Below are positions 1 through 10,135 of a stretch of 64,000 nucleotides of DNA, piece after piece. Every line of letters begins with the position of its first letter. Positions within the stretch are counted from its first letter, which is position 1. Both the position numbers and the translations under genes were made by a program. A model generated the notes under the pieces. The model worked only from the letters and a program-made list of their open reading frames with translations. It ran no database searches and was not told the DNA's origin. Origin of the DNA: an uncultured Gammaproteobacteria bacterium (GTDB lineage: Bacteria; Patescibacteriota; Patescibacteriia; Magasanikbacterales; GWA2-37-8); contig CAZWKA010000002.1 in NCBI GenBank assembly GCA_964634875.1, positions 15,590 through 79,589 on the forward strand, given 5' to 3'.

Positions 1-1340
1 CGATCGAAAAACACACCAGCCGGGAACTGGGACAATACCAGGTTGCCGATGTGCCCATCTCGTTTACTGATGGCACCCTGCTCCAGGCAAATGGCAGTAA
101 CCAAACCTATGTCATTGAAAAAGGTAAAAAGCGCTTGATCGCCGATAACGATACGTTTATTGCTCTTGGCTATAAACGGGCCAATGTCGTCCCGGTTGAT
201 CTGGTTGCAACACTTAACATTCCGAATGGAGAGCCTTTATTCCTCAATACCGCGCTTCTTTCTTCTAAAAATAAATTTTTGGGCGATGCTGAAGCTGAAG
301 TGTTTGATCAGTACGGTTCAAAACTCCCGGCGTATCTTATTGCGGAGTACCCAAGCGGACGTATTATTAGCGGAAAAAATATTGACACTCAACATTCCAT
401 AGCTTCGCTTACTAAAGTAATAACTGCCTACGAAGCGCTTAACCAGAACTTTAAGCCAGAGGCAGCAACGAGTTATAGTGCTGAAAAGTATGCCATCGAG
501 ACTAATACGCTTAGCCTTAAAGAAGGTGAGAAAATAAAGAATAACGACCTTTTGAATACCCTGCTGGTTGGTTCTATAAACAATGTAGCCCGTATGGTGG
601 TGGCTGCAACAGGGTTAACTGAAGGAGAAATGCTGAGCAAGATTAATAACCGTCTCGCCAACTGGGGTGCAGATAGCACGACAGTCACCGATGTTACCGG
701 TCTTGACGAAGGAAATAAATCCACCGCCCGAGATCTTTTAAAGATCTTTGCCAAAGCGCTCGAAAATCCAGACCTTAAAAAAATCATGGCTAAAGATGGC
801 TTTACCTTTACCAGCACACTTGGCAAGAAGAACGTCGTACACGGCGTAAAGAACACTAATCAACTCTTTTTTTCAGCTAAGAAAAATTACACCATCCTTG
901 ACAGCAAAACGGGCTATACTGATGAAGCGGGAGGTGTTATGATGATGCTAGTACAAGTCGGCGGCACCAAACAGGCAGGAGCTACGCTGAAAACAACGCT
1001 TAAACAAGGTTCTTCGGGAAGTGAAGTTACCTTGCTACAACAGTTACTCCAAAAAAATGGTTACCTGGCAACTTCAGTGAAGCCTAATGGTAATTTTGGA
1101 CCCAGCACGCTCGCGGCGGTCAAAAAATTTCAGCAGGCCAAAAAGTTAACCGCCGAAGGCTTGGTTGGTCCTGCCACGCGGGCAGCCCTTAACGCCACAA
1201 TTACGTCTGGCACCACTGGCGGAAAACAATATGTTATTGTGACGCTTGGCAATAACGACTACGCCCGACGTTTTGACGAACCTCATGCCATGGCTGAATG
1301 GTTAGCTAAAGGCAATTTCACTGTCGCCAGTAAGAAATAA
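1..1340 (+). CDS. D-alanyl-D-alanine carboxypeptidase/endopeptidase (peptidase S11) with inserted peptidoglycan-binding domain; 5'-partial
   Basis: SxxK (SLTK), SxN (SIN) and KTG motifs; PG_binding_1-like LKQGSSGSEVTLLQQLL...FGPSTLAAVKKFQ...GLVGPATRAAL; frame is open back to the window edge. Confidence 0.85.
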   Translation, partial: IEKHTSRELGQYQVADVPISFTDGTLLQANGSNQTYVIEKGKKRLIADNDTFIALGYKRANVVPVDLVATLNIPNGEPLFLNTALLSSKNKFLGDAEAEVFDQYGSKLPAYLIAEYPSGRIISGKNIDTQHSIASLTKVITAYEALNQNFKPEAATSYSAEKYAIETNTLSLKEGEKIKNNDLLNTLLVGSINNVARMVVAATGLTEGEMLSKINNRLANWGADSTTVTDVTGLDEGNKSTARDLLKIFAKALENPDLKKIMAKDGFTFTSTLGKKNVVHGVKNTNQLFFSAKKNYTILDSKTGYTDEAGGVMMMLVQVGGTKQAGATLKTTLKQGSSGSEVTLLQQLLQKNGYLATSVKPNGNFGPSTLAAVKKFQQAKKLTAEGLVGPATRAALNATITSGTTGGKQYVIVTLGNNDYARRFDEPHAMAEWLAKGNFTVASKK

Positions 1341-1378
1341 AACATACTTTTTATACCTTACTCATTACCCGTAAACGT

Positions 1379-2170
1379 ATGTCCCTCGCCTTTGCGGCCA
1401 TTGTACCGCACCCACCGCTCTTAATTCCATCAATTGGCAAGGAAGCTATTAAGAAAATTGATAAGACCAAGCGGGCGATGGAAAAATTGGAAGAAGATCT
1501 GTACCTCAGCCATCCGGATGTTATTATTATTTTTTCCCCCCATAGCCGCTTATTAAAAGACTCCTTTACGGTCAATGTTTCACCCGAATACCAAAGCGAC
1601 CTGCGCGAATTTGGTGACCTTTCTACCAAACTAAAAGTAAAAGGTGAGCTTAATTTGATGAGTCAACTCCGGAAATCTGCCGAGGAAAATAAAATTTCCA
1701 CCTCTATGATTACGGAAAATATCCTCGATCACGGATTAACAGTACCTTTGTTTTATCTAACCCCCCATTTACCCAACGTCACTATTTTACCAATTGGTTT
1801 TTGTGAAGCTGATGCCAAAACACACCTCGATTTTGGTTCACTTCTTAAAGAACAAATTATGAACAGTACTAAGCGCGTTGCCGTCCTAGCATCCGGCGAC
1901 TTATCGCACGCGCTAACTACTGATGCCCCTGCTGGTTTTAACCCAGCTGGCCCAGAGTTTGATGCCAAAATCCAGCAATTACTGGCCACTCAAAATACCA
2001 CAGGCTTCCTTCAGCTTGACCAGGAAATGGTTAAGAATTCTGCGGAATGTGGTTTCCGGACATTCCTGATGCTTATGGGCGTTTTGCGCGGTGTTCATTA
2101 CACCTACCAATCCTATGCGTATGAAGCTCCGTTTGGTGTCGGTTATCTTACCGCCAACTTCGCTATCTAA
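1379..2170 (+). CDS. Memo/LigB-family (class III extradiol dioxygenase-like, AmmeMemoRadiSam protein B-like) protein
   Basis: PHPP, SPH, DHG, ASGDLSH, ECG and YEAPFGVGY motifs. Confidence 0.8.
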   Translation: MSLAFAAIVPHPPLLIPSIGKEAIKKIDKTKRAMEKLEEDLYLSHPDVIIIFSPHSRLLKDSFTVNVSPEYQSDLREFGDLSTKLKVKGELNLMSQLRKSAEENKISTSMITENILDHGLTVPLFYLTPHLPNVTILPIGFCEADAKTHLDFGSLLKEQIMNSTKRVAVLASGDLSHALTTDAPAGFNPAGPEFDAKIQQLLATQNTTGFLQLDQEMVKNSAECGFRTFLMLMGVLRGVHYTYQSYAYEAPFGVGYLTANFAI

Positions 2171-2179
2171 TTGACCTGT

Positions 2180-4081
2180 ATGCACTTGTGCCGCGTGATT
2201 GTGGTTGGCCGTATGCCGCTTGACCTTCCTTTTTTTGATTACAGCGTTCCTTCAGAACTCCAAACAAAATTGGCTGTAGGCCAATTGCTGAGCGTTCCGT
2301 TCCGCGGAAAACAGCATAGTGCTGTAGCGATTGCATTTCCCAAGACTCCCCCGGTCAGGAACGGTAAACTCGTCGCGCTCAAACCAATTACTGCCATACT
2401 CAACAACCAACCAGCCTTTTCTGAAGCGTACCTCAATTTTTTAGCTGAAATGGCTGATTTTTATGCTGTTTCTCCAGGCTTTTTACTTAAAAGCGCTTTT
2501 TTTGAACTTACTAAAAAAAACATAGCGATGTTTGGTGCTTTAACGTTCGAGCCATTCGTAGCTGCACCGGCAATCCAGCACAAACCCACTTTGTTTGTCC
2601 ACCACACCGAAGAAGAGAAAAAAAACCATCTTTTGCATTCACTTGATCCTCAGGGTCAAAATTTAATCCTGGTACCAGAGGTAAACCAAGCAACCCAAAC
2701 TGCCCAACTGCTTTTTGGAGATGTTTTTGAAGAAAAAGCAACTATCCTGACCAGTGAAACAAAAAATACTGCGATCAGTAAGCTTTGGTTCAAAATATGG
2801 CAACAGGAGCCACTAACGCTTGTTGCCACCAGGCGGGCGCTTTTTTTACCTTGGAAAAGCTTGCAAAATATTTTTCTCACCGATGAAGGTAGTCCGAGCT
2901 ATAAAAGCTGGGACATGGCACCGCGGTTTGAGACCCGCGATGCAGTTTTTTTACTGCAGCGGCATTTGGGCGCTCAAACACACCTGATGAGTCCGACACC
3001 AAGCGTTGAAAGCTTCTTTTTTGCCAAGAAAAAAGTGTATGCTTTTGCATCATCCCAGGAGATGCCGTTTACCAGCGAAAAAACTGAACTTATCGACCTC
3101 AAAGATGAGCAGCGCGGAGGGAACTACGGTTTTTTTGCCGATGAATCGCTTGCCGCTCTCCGAACTGGCTTACAAAGTGGCAATGTTTTTATTCTTTCTA
3201 GCCATCGAGGCAGTGTGAGTTCGGTAGCGTGCCGGGATTGCAGCTTCGTGCCAAGGTGCGGGGTATGCGTCAGGCCGTTTAGTTACCATGAAGACACCAA
3301 GGAGCTCGTCTGCCATTTTTGCGGTACCCGCAAACCCATGCTCTTACAATGTGAAAATTGTCGTGGAACTGACCTGGCAGCTCGGGGAATTGGCACGCAA
3401 AAGGTAGAACGCGAATTACGACGCAAACTAAAAGACCTTGTAGACACGGTAATTTTTGTACGGATAGATAGCGATTCCGAGGCTGTGCCTGTATTTGAGG
3501 CTGGAAAACCACATATTATTATCGGCACCGAACGAGCGCTCGGTTTTATAGACTGGTCAAAAATTACTTGTACCTTATTGATCGATCCCGACACCCTGTT
3601 GTTTATTCCCGAATACAAAATTGCTGAACGGCTCTGGCAGACTATCCGCGGCATTGAATACGCTAGTCCCGAAAAGGCTCGGTTGTTGGTACAAACCAAG
3701 CATTCTGAACACGTTGTTTTTAACAATCTTAAGCGTCCCGAACGTTTTTACGTCAAAGAGCTGCAACAACGTAAATTCTTTGGTTACCCTCCCTTTAATT
3801 TTATCTTAAAACTTTCTTTTGGACACCAGTTTAAAGATGCTTCCGAACGGGAAGCTAACCGTCTTTTTAGCGAGCTCACCAGATTGACGGCGGGGCGTAA
3901 AGACTGTATAATAACGCATCCTTTAGCCACTGCCCCCGCTTTTTTTAAGAAGCGTTCTTGGCACGTTATCCTGGTTAAGGTAGACTATAGGAACTATAAA
4001 CGGACGGTCAAAGAATTGCTTAAGCACGTCCCTGATACCTGGAAAGTAGATCCCAATCCCCAATCATTATTAGGTTTTTAA
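2180..4081 (+). CDS. priA: Primosomal protein N' (PriA) with degenerate helicase motifs
   Basis: N-terminal FDYSVP..VGQLLSVPF DNA-binding domain, four CxxC pairs, GIGTQKVE, RIDSD, IIIGT, YPPF; upstream of def-fmt; start moved to ATG 2180. Confidence 0.85.
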   Translation: MHLCRVIVVGRMPLDLPFFDYSVPSELQTKLAVGQLLSVPFRGKQHSAVAIAFPKTPPVRNGKLVALKPITAILNNQPAFSEAYLNFLAEMADFYAVSPGFLLKSAFFELTKKNIAMFGALTFEPFVAAPAIQHKPTLFVHHTEEEKKNHLLHSLDPQGQNLILVPEVNQATQTAQLLFGDVFEEKATILTSETKNTAISKLWFKIWQQEPLTLVATRRALFLPWKSLQNIFLTDEGSPSYKSWDMAPRFETRDAVFLLQRHLGAQTHLMSPTPSVESFFFAKKKVYAFASSQEMPFTSEKTELIDLKDEQRGGNYGFFADESLAALRTGLQSGNVFILSSHRGSVSSVACRDCSFVPRCGVCVRPFSYHEDTKELVCHFCGTRKPMLLQCENCRGTDLAARGIGTQKVERELRRKLKDLVDTVIFVRIDSDSEAVPVFEAGKPHIIIGTERALGFIDWSKITCTLLIDPDTLLFIPEYKIAERLWQTIRGIEYASPEKARLLVQTKHSEHVVFNNLKRPERFYVKELQQRKFFGYPPFNFILKLSFGHQFKDASEREANRLFSELTRLTAGRKDCIITHPLATAPAFFKKRSWHVILVKVDYRNYKRTVKELLKHVPDTWKVDPNPQSLLGF

Positions 4082-4123
4082 ATCTAAATTTCTTAAGACC
4101 ACTATTAGAGCATTTCTTACCAT

Positions 4124-4624
4124 ATGATCTACGACATTGTTTTTGATCCTAATCCCATCCTCCACAAACGGAGCAGCGACATTGATCCCAAAGAAATTTC
4201 GGGTAAAGAAATGCAAAAGTTTGTAAAAGATATGGTGGATACAATGTATGCCAAAGATGGCGTAGGTCTGGCAGCGGTCCAAGTCGGCGTTGGCAAACAG
4301 CTCTGTGTAATTGCCAAAGAATACAATGAACTTACTAAGCGGAAGTGTCTGACGCTTATTAATCCTACCTGGGTTAAGTTATCCAGTAAAACAGCTTGGG
4401 ATGAGGAAGGTTGTTTATCGGTGCCCGGAATCTATGGAAAAGTAAAGCGGTATACCAAAATTAAAGTTAAAGCCCTTGATGAACACGGTAAAGAGCTTGA
4501 ATTTATTGCCGAGGATTTTTTTGCCCGCATCATCCAACACGAAGCCGATCATTTAAACGGGACTCTGTTTATTGAAAAGGCCAAGGATCTCCGAAAAATT
4601 GATCACGGCAAAATTGGTATCTAA
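4124..4624 (+). CDS. def: Peptide deformylase
   Basis: GVGLAAVQVG, EGCLS and HEADH motifs. Confidence 0.97.
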   Translation: MIYDIVFDPNPILHKRSSDIDPKEISGKEMQKFVKDMVDTMYAKDGVGLAAVQVGVGKQLCVIAKEYNELTKRKCLTLINPTWVKLSSKTAWDEEGCLSVPGIYGKVKRYTKIKVKALDEHGKELEFIAEDFFARIIQHEADHLNGTLFIEKAKDLRKIDHGKIGI

Positions 4625-4642
4625 AAATCAATAGTTACTCGT

Positions 4643-5560
4643 ATGCAGCTACCAACAATTACTTTTTTTGGAACCCATGACTTCGGTGCTGCCATGCTGA
4701 CCGCCCTTATTTCGAGCGGTCTTTTTACTATTGAAGCCGTTGTTACCCAGCCTGACCGGCCTGCCGGACGTGGAAACGAAATTCAAGAATCGGTGGTTAA
4801 AAAGATTGCCCGTGAACATGGTCTCGCCATTTTACAGCCCGAAACGCTCAAAACCACCGACACTACTTTTCCTGTTTCAGACCTATTTGTTGTCTGTCAG
4901 TACGGCCTCATTATTCCACAGCACATTTTGGATATTCCGAAAAAAGGTACCATCAATGTCCATACTTCCCTGCTACCAAAATATCGAGGTGCTTCTCCTA
5001 TCCAAACCGCCCTTTTAAAAGGCGAAACTGAAACCGGCGTTACTATCATGCTCATGGACGCACAAATGGATCATGGAGCCATTTTAAGCCAAGCGACCGT
5101 GCCTGTTGGTCCTGATGAGACTTACCTGGAACTGAGTAAAAAAATGGAACCTGTCGCTGCTGAGCTGTTACTGACCACACTCCCTCTTTGGATCACGGGA
5201 AGTATAGCGCCCGAACCACAAAACGAAGCTGATGTTACCCTTTGTAAAATGTTTACACGCGACGATGGTAAAATTGATTTTTCTCGCTCAGCAACTGAAA
5301 TATATAACCAGTACCGAGGTCTGACGCCGTGGCCAGGTATTTGGACAATATGGAACGGGAAACGATTGAAATTATTGGAAATTAAACCTGTGAAGCAAAA
5401 AATTGAGCCAGGTGTTGTTAAGGTGTTCGAAGAAAATGTATATATTGGATGCAATGGGGATGCGATCGAAATTTTAGAGCTACAGCTCGAAGGAAAAAAA
5501 GCTATGACACCAAAGCAATTTTTAAACGGCAACAAGGAAATCGAAAATACGCAACTTTAA
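4643..5560 (+). CDS. fmt: Methionyl-tRNA formyltransferase
   Basis: VVTQPDRPAGRG, INVHTSLLPKYRGASPIQ, MDHG; follows def. Confidence 0.96.
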   Translation: MQLPTITFFGTHDFGAAMLTALISSGLFTIEAVVTQPDRPAGRGNEIQESVVKKIAREHGLAILQPETLKTTDTTFPVSDLFVVCQYGLIIPQHILDIPKKGTINVHTSLLPKYRGASPIQTALLKGETETGVTIMLMDAQMDHGAILSQATVPVGPDETYLELSKKMEPVAAELLLTTLPLWITGSIAPEPQNEADVTLCKMFTRDDGKIDFSRSATEIYNQYRGLTPWPGIWTIWNGKRLKLLEIKPVKQKIEPGVVKVFEENVYIGCNGDAIEILELQLEGKKAMTPKQFLNGNKEIENTQL

Positions 5561-5567
5561 AAAATTG

Positions 5568-6998
5568 ATGAATAATTTGGGAGTGAAAAATTTTACCCAC
5601 AAAACTCTTCTGTGCTTATTTGCCTACGCTGCGATCCGCTGCGTATCTTATATTTTTCCACCCGACACACCACTGCATGGTGCGTCGATTTTTAATACGA
5701 TCGTTGCCGCTGTCGCTGTAGCCGTAGTTGGCTATTTGCTGGTTAAAAAGAATATGTGGGGCTGGTATCTCGTGGCTGGTGAAATAATCCTTGGTGGTGC
5801 GGGTAATTTTTTTGCTTTATATGGAATCTCACTCCGTACTTGTCTTTTATTCGTGTCGCTGGGAATATTTTTTGTGCAGCAGATTGGAAGCTACAGACAT
5901 ATCGTTGCTACCAACCGAATTTTTGTCTATTTGTTAAGTTTCTTGTATCTCGTGGTCGGTTTAGCTGCCCTCCGAGGGTACTTGAACGGCCATGGTCTGG
6001 GGGCAGTTTTTGCAGACACTATCCCCTATCTTTTTTTTCTGTATGTTTTTCCATTACGGCAAGCTTTGCAACAAGAAAGCCAAAAATGCAATATCTTGGC
6101 CTGTAGCGCCCTAGCGGCTGCTATTATTGGAAACACCATCTTTATGGCCATGACCCTGGCCGGCTTCTCTAGCGGCCTCCTGGTACTGCAGGATGGCTTT
6201 TATCACTGGTTCCGGGATGTTGCGGGTGGTAAAATAACCGAATTACCTCTCCATTTCTATCGGATTGTTCTAAACGAGCAACTACTTTTGATTCCCATCC
6301 TTGTATGGTTATTCAATAGCTTGCTGAATAAGGTTGGCCAAAAAAAACTGTACCTGGCGCTGACCACGTGTTTGCTTATTGTTTTGTCGATCAATCTCAC
6401 ACGCAGCTACCTCTTAGCACTCGGTGTGGGATGTCTGTTATTATTCCGACCAAAAATTTGGAAACGTTGGATCGTCGGTGGAGTATTGCTCCTTGTTTCG
6501 TTCATAACTATTTTTATCGGTGTCCACCTGGCAGCTACCCGCGGCCAAAGTTTGGGGCTGGAAATTTTTGGCCTGCGCCTTCAGAGCATTGTCACCCCAT
6601 CACTTGAGCAAAGTTCACTCAGCCGTCTCTTATTGCTGCCCAAGATCACCGAAAAGATTAAAATGAGCCCTATTCTTGGCGAAGGCTTGGCTGACACGGT
6701 AACAGTGTATAGCCCAGTACTTAAAAAAGAAATTACGACCTCCCAATTTGATTGGGGCTATTTGGAAATTTGGGCAGAACTTGGTTTGATCGGACTTTTG
6801 GCCTGGGGACTCTTTGTTCTCTATCTTATGTATAATTTTAAGCAGCTCCGCTTTGTTCCAGCCTGGCAGCTTGCGAGTGTGGCGGCGCTACTGGTTATCA
6901 CGCTTACCTCACCTGCGCTTTTTCATGTACTCGGCATTATCTGGCTGACTATACTGCTCGCTAAAAATACTACCCATGAAATACCTGCAATTCTTTAA
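5568..6998 (+). CDS. O-antigen ligase (Wzy_C/WaaL-like) family membrane protein
   Basis: Many TM helices, LTRS motif, S..SR..L and SPILGEG loop, YLEIWAELGLIGL. Confidence 0.75.
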   Translation: MNNLGVKNFTHKTLLCLFAYAAIRCVSYIFPPDTPLHGASIFNTIVAAVAVAVVGYLLVKKNMWGWYLVAGEIILGGAGNFFALYGISLRTCLLFVSLGIFFVQQIGSYRHIVATNRIFVYLLSFLYLVVGLAALRGYLNGHGLGAVFADTIPYLFFLYVFPLRQALQQESQKCNILACSALAAAIIGNTIFMAMTLAGFSSGLLVLQDGFYHWFRDVAGGKITELPLHFYRIVLNEQLLLIPILVWLFNSLLNKVGQKKLYLALTTCLLIVLSINLTRSYLLALGVGCLLLFRPKIWKRWIVGGVLLLVSFITIFIGVHLAATRGQSLGLEIFGLRLQSIVTPSLEQSSLSRLLLLPKITEKIKMSPILGEGLADTVTVYSPVLKKEITTSQFDWGYLEIWAELGLIGLLAWGLFVLYLMYNFKQLRFVPAWQLASVAALLVITLTSPALFHVLGIIWLTILLAKNTTHEIPAIL

Positions 6999-7125
6999 GA
7001 ACTGGCTGCAGCGCCTGCTGGTATACCGAACTCGGGTTGTTATTTATTTTGTAACCGACCTGGTTAATTTTATCGTTCTCCCTTTTATCAAGAGTCGCTC
7101 CTTATACCATACTTTGATTTTATAA
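6976..7125 (+). pseudogene. Possible N-terminal remnant of an ABC-2 family permease
   Basis: 49-codon ORF MKYLQFFKNWLQRLLVYRTRVVIYFVTDLVNFIVLPFI... overlaps the end of the upstream gene, resembles ABC-2 permease N-termini, and is cut off by the opposite-strand DPM1-like gene. Confidence 0.45.
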
Positions 7126-7802
7126 CCAGCGTATTCGATAAGCTGCCTGAGAAAGCGGAGGTACTCGGATGAATTTAATTTTGACTGGCCGTGAAGGCGG
7201 GTGCGAAAGGTAAAAGGAATTTCAATCAGTGTGCGATATTTTGCTTTTACCAAAATTTCAAGCAGAATTTTATATCCCCTTGTAGTGAATTCGTTGTTTT
7301 CCATTATTGAACGTCGCACAAAGAAGTAGCCGCTGAGTGGGTCGGTAGCATGCGTTAGTTTTTGAGCCAGGTATACTCCAATACGCGAAATGCCTTCGCG
7401 ATACCAAGCCCAATTCATTACCCTGCTCCCAGCTTCAAACCGACTGGCGACGACCAGGTCACCTTTTTTGAGAGCAGTTATAAGCTCGGGCAAGAGTGCT
7501 GGAGGGTGGCTGAGGTCGGCATCCATAACTCCAACCAACGGACGACGTGAATGCGCAAAACCAGCGATCACAGCACTCCCAAGACCAAGTTTGCCGGTAC
7601 GCTTAATAACACTTACAGGAAATGTTGAGCTTAATTTGTGAGCGACAGCTGCTGTGCCGTCCGGGGAATTATCATCAACAATGATAACCTCAAGATCGAT
7701 CTGGGCAGGATTAATAGATTCAAAAATTTCTTTAAGAAGGTGTGGTAGATTTTTTGCTTCGTTATAGGTGGGTATAATAAGAGAAGCGTACAGCATATAC
7801 AT
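7044..7802 (-). CDS. Polyprenol monophosphomannose synthase (DPM1-like GT2)
   Basis: IIPTYNE, VDDNSPDGT, KLGLGSA, MDADLSHPP, DPLSGYF, GYKILLEIL. Confidence 0.9.
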   Translation of the reverse strand: MYMLYASLIIPTYNEAKNLPHLLKEIFESINPAQIDLEVIIVDDNSPDGTAAVAHKLSSTFPVSVIKRTGKLGLGSAVIAGFAHSRRPLVGVMDADLSHPPALLPELITALKKGDLVVASRFEAGSRVMNWAWYREGISRIGVYLAQKLTHATDPLSGYFFVRRSIMENNEFTTRGYKILLEILVKAKYRTLIEIPFTFRTRLHGQSKLNSSEYLRFLRQLIEYAGYKIKVWYKERLLIKGRTIKLTRSVTK

Positions 7803-7807
7803 TCAGA

Positions 7808-9304
7808 TTAACGAGGTTGATACACCTCTACATTTTCCAGCTTTTTAATCAGGACAAAATTTTTAAGGAGCTCGTCAACACGTTCTGGAAAATTCTGTCC
7901 ACCGTAACGGTTGATTATAAGACGATTAGTACTGGCCCCCCTGGCTTCGTCTTCAGTTTCGGTGCGGCGCATTTGGGTACTGAACCCCGACCAATCGTTG
8001 GGGTTGTAGACTGGCCAATCAATGTTGTAGAGCACGACAGCTTGCTCGCCAAAGTAGTATTTGGCTACCAAGTAGTCAAAGGAATTGAGGACGTATAAAG
8101 ATTGGCTGTGGTCAACAATCTTTTCTTTAAGAAGCAGGTTATACCCTTCTGAATACGGTGGAATTCTTATAAGCAGGATAAAGCTCAAATAAAGGGCGAA
8201 GAAAATAATGGCATACCTTTGACGCATGTCCGCAAGCCATAATCCCAACAACACATATACAAAGAAAGCAGCGGGAATGAGATAGCGGGCAACAAAAAAA
8301 TCTTTTCCAATAAGAGAAAGATGGGCGACGAGCGCAAGGAAGCCTGCTGACCAAAGCACGAGTATTTGAACATCTCTTTTCCTGGCGCGTGCTAGTCGGA
8401 AACTGGCAACCAGCAATATAACGATACTTGCGGTGATGCCGACAACAGGAGTAAGAAGCAGGTTAGGGTTGGGATCAAGCATCCCCTGTTGCCCAAGTGG
8501 GTGCCCTACGAAGAAGATGTACAGCGTTCCAAAAAAATCTGACCAGGTAACAGGAGCTATCCAGCTAATCCGGTCGCTGACCGCGGTAAATTGACGGATA
8601 AAGCTGGGAAGCCACGGTAAAAATACCACTAAGCCCACAACATAACCCAACCAAACTTTTGGAGAAAAAATGATTTTTAGGCCATTCTTTAATCCTCCTC
8701 GATTTTCTTGAGACCATTGCCAGATACAAAAAGCTACTAAAAAAAGAGCAGAAAAAACGATTGTTAAGGTGTGAGTCAGCCACGAGAGGCCCATACAAAG
8801 CCCCCAGAGCACGAATTGCCCCCTATTACCGGTTTTGACCGCTCGAACGAAGAAATAGGCCGCCAGAAGGCACAGAAAAGCGACCATGGCATACATACGA
8901 GCTTCCTGAGAGTATTGCACCGCGAATGGTGCTATCGCTGCTAAAAGCGCACCCCACAGCCCTGCCCGAACAGAGGCAAGTTCTTTAGCGATCCGATAGG
9001 TCAGGTACACACTGCCAATCCCCCACATTACTGAAAACAGGCGTAAAACCACAACAGATGTGCTACCAAGGAGGGTGGCAAAAAGTTTAAGTCCTAAAAA
9101 ATAGAGTGGCGGATGAGTGTCACCTGCAACTGCTTGAAGCAGTTCCGCCCAGTTATATCGGACAATAACGCCGACAAAGGCTTCATCATACCAGAAGTCA
9201 CGCTTTCCCAAGTGCCAAACCCTGAGGACAAAAGCTAGAAGTATAATGAGATATACTGCATACTGGTTAAAAAAATTTTGCTTTTTAGCGAGAAAATCGG
9301 GCAT
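7808..9304 (-). CDS. GT-C fold glycosyltransferase (PMT_2/ArnT/GT39-like)
   Basis: FWYDEA, DTHPPLYF, LRLFSV, YSQEARMY; multi-TM; start likely at MPDF (9304). Confidence 0.85.
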   Translation of the reverse strand: MPDFLAKKQNFFNQYAVYLIILLAFVLRVWHLGKRDFWYDEAFVGVIVRYNWAELLQAVAGDTHPPLYFLGLKLFATLLGSTSVVVLRLFSVMWGIGSVYLTYRIAKELASVRAGLWGALLAAIAPFAVQYSQEARMYAMVAFLCLLAAYFFVRAVKTGNRGQFVLWGLCMGLSWLTHTLTIVFSALFLVAFCIWQWSQENRGGLKNGLKIIFSPKVWLGYVVGLVVFLPWLPSFIRQFTAVSDRISWIAPVTWSDFFGTLYIFFVGHPLGQQGMLDPNPNLLLTPVVGITASIVILLVASFRLARARKRDVQILVLWSAGFLALVAHLSLIGKDFFVARYLIPAAFFVYVLLGLWLADMRQRYAIIFFALYLSFILLIRIPPYSEGYNLLLKEKIVDHSQSLYVLNSFDYLVAKYYFGEQAVVLYNIDWPVYNPNDWSGFSTQMRRTETEDEARGASTNRLIINRYGGQNFPERVDELLKNFVLIKKLENVEVYQPR

Positions 9305-9412
9305 AACGGAAAAACATGACTTTATAGGTACCCTAGCAAATGATGCTACATTTGCCAACAGCGCAGCCCTCGGGGGCGAGGGCTGCTGCAAGTGTGGTTT
9401 TAGGGAAAAAAA

Positions 9413-10132
9413 TTATGACAGTTGGTGTTTTTCAAAAATTTTCTTTTTGGCCAGTTCGTAGGAAGCCATATTTTTGTTTTTCCAAGGTAATTTGTACATG
9501 AAAGTGGGAAGCCACGAACTAATTTTGATTTCGTCACGTTCACCCGTAAGCTTGGTAAACAGAACTTCAGGGATAAATAGACCAGTTTTTCCTTGAGCCA
9601 GGAGCGTAAGCCATACATCCCAGTCTTGAAAACGTTTTAAACTTTCGTCAAAACCAGGAAAAGCTTCGCGGCGCAGCAGGCTTGTGGTATCTATGTAGTT
9701 ATTTTTTTTAAGCTCTTCGGCGTTAAACGGGGCAGAGCGCATCGTCTTCCAGCCAAACTTAAAACGACTGTACACATACGCTTCGCTTGGATTATCAACT
9801 AAAGCCTGATGCATTTTCTGGAGCATGCCGGGTTCAGCGACAGTATCAGCGTCCCAAAAAATTACAAATTTTCCGGATGATTTTTTGAATCCACGATTTC
9901 GGGCGGCATTACTGCCCTGGTTTTCTTGATTAAGAATAACCAAGGGGAATTCATTTTTTTCTCCAAAATCTTGCAAAATTGGTAAAAGTTTTTCAAAACC
10001 GTCGGTACTGCCATCGTTGACAATAACCACCTCAAGGGGGCGGTAGGTTTGACCAATAAGGCTCGTTAAGCTCGCTTGGAGCGCAGCCGCATGGTTGTAA
10101 ACGGGAATAATAATACTGATGAGTTCATCCAT
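9413..10132 (-). CDS. Glycosyltransferase family 2
   Basis: ISIIIPVYN, VNDGSTD, ARNRG, FWDAD, QDWDVWL. Confidence 0.9.
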   Translation of the reverse strand: MDELISIIIPVYNHAAALQASLTSLIGQTYRPLEVVIVNDGSTDGFEKLLPILQDFGEKNEFPLVILNQENQGSNAARNRGFKKSSGKFVIFWDADTVAEPGMLQKMHQALVDNPSEAYVYSRFKFGWKTMRSAPFNAEELKKNNYIDTTSLLRREAFPGFDESLKRFQDWDVWLTLLAQGKTGLFIPEVLFTKLTGERDEIKISSWLPTFMYKLPWKNKNMASYELAKKKIFEKHQLS

Positions 10133-10135
10133 AAC

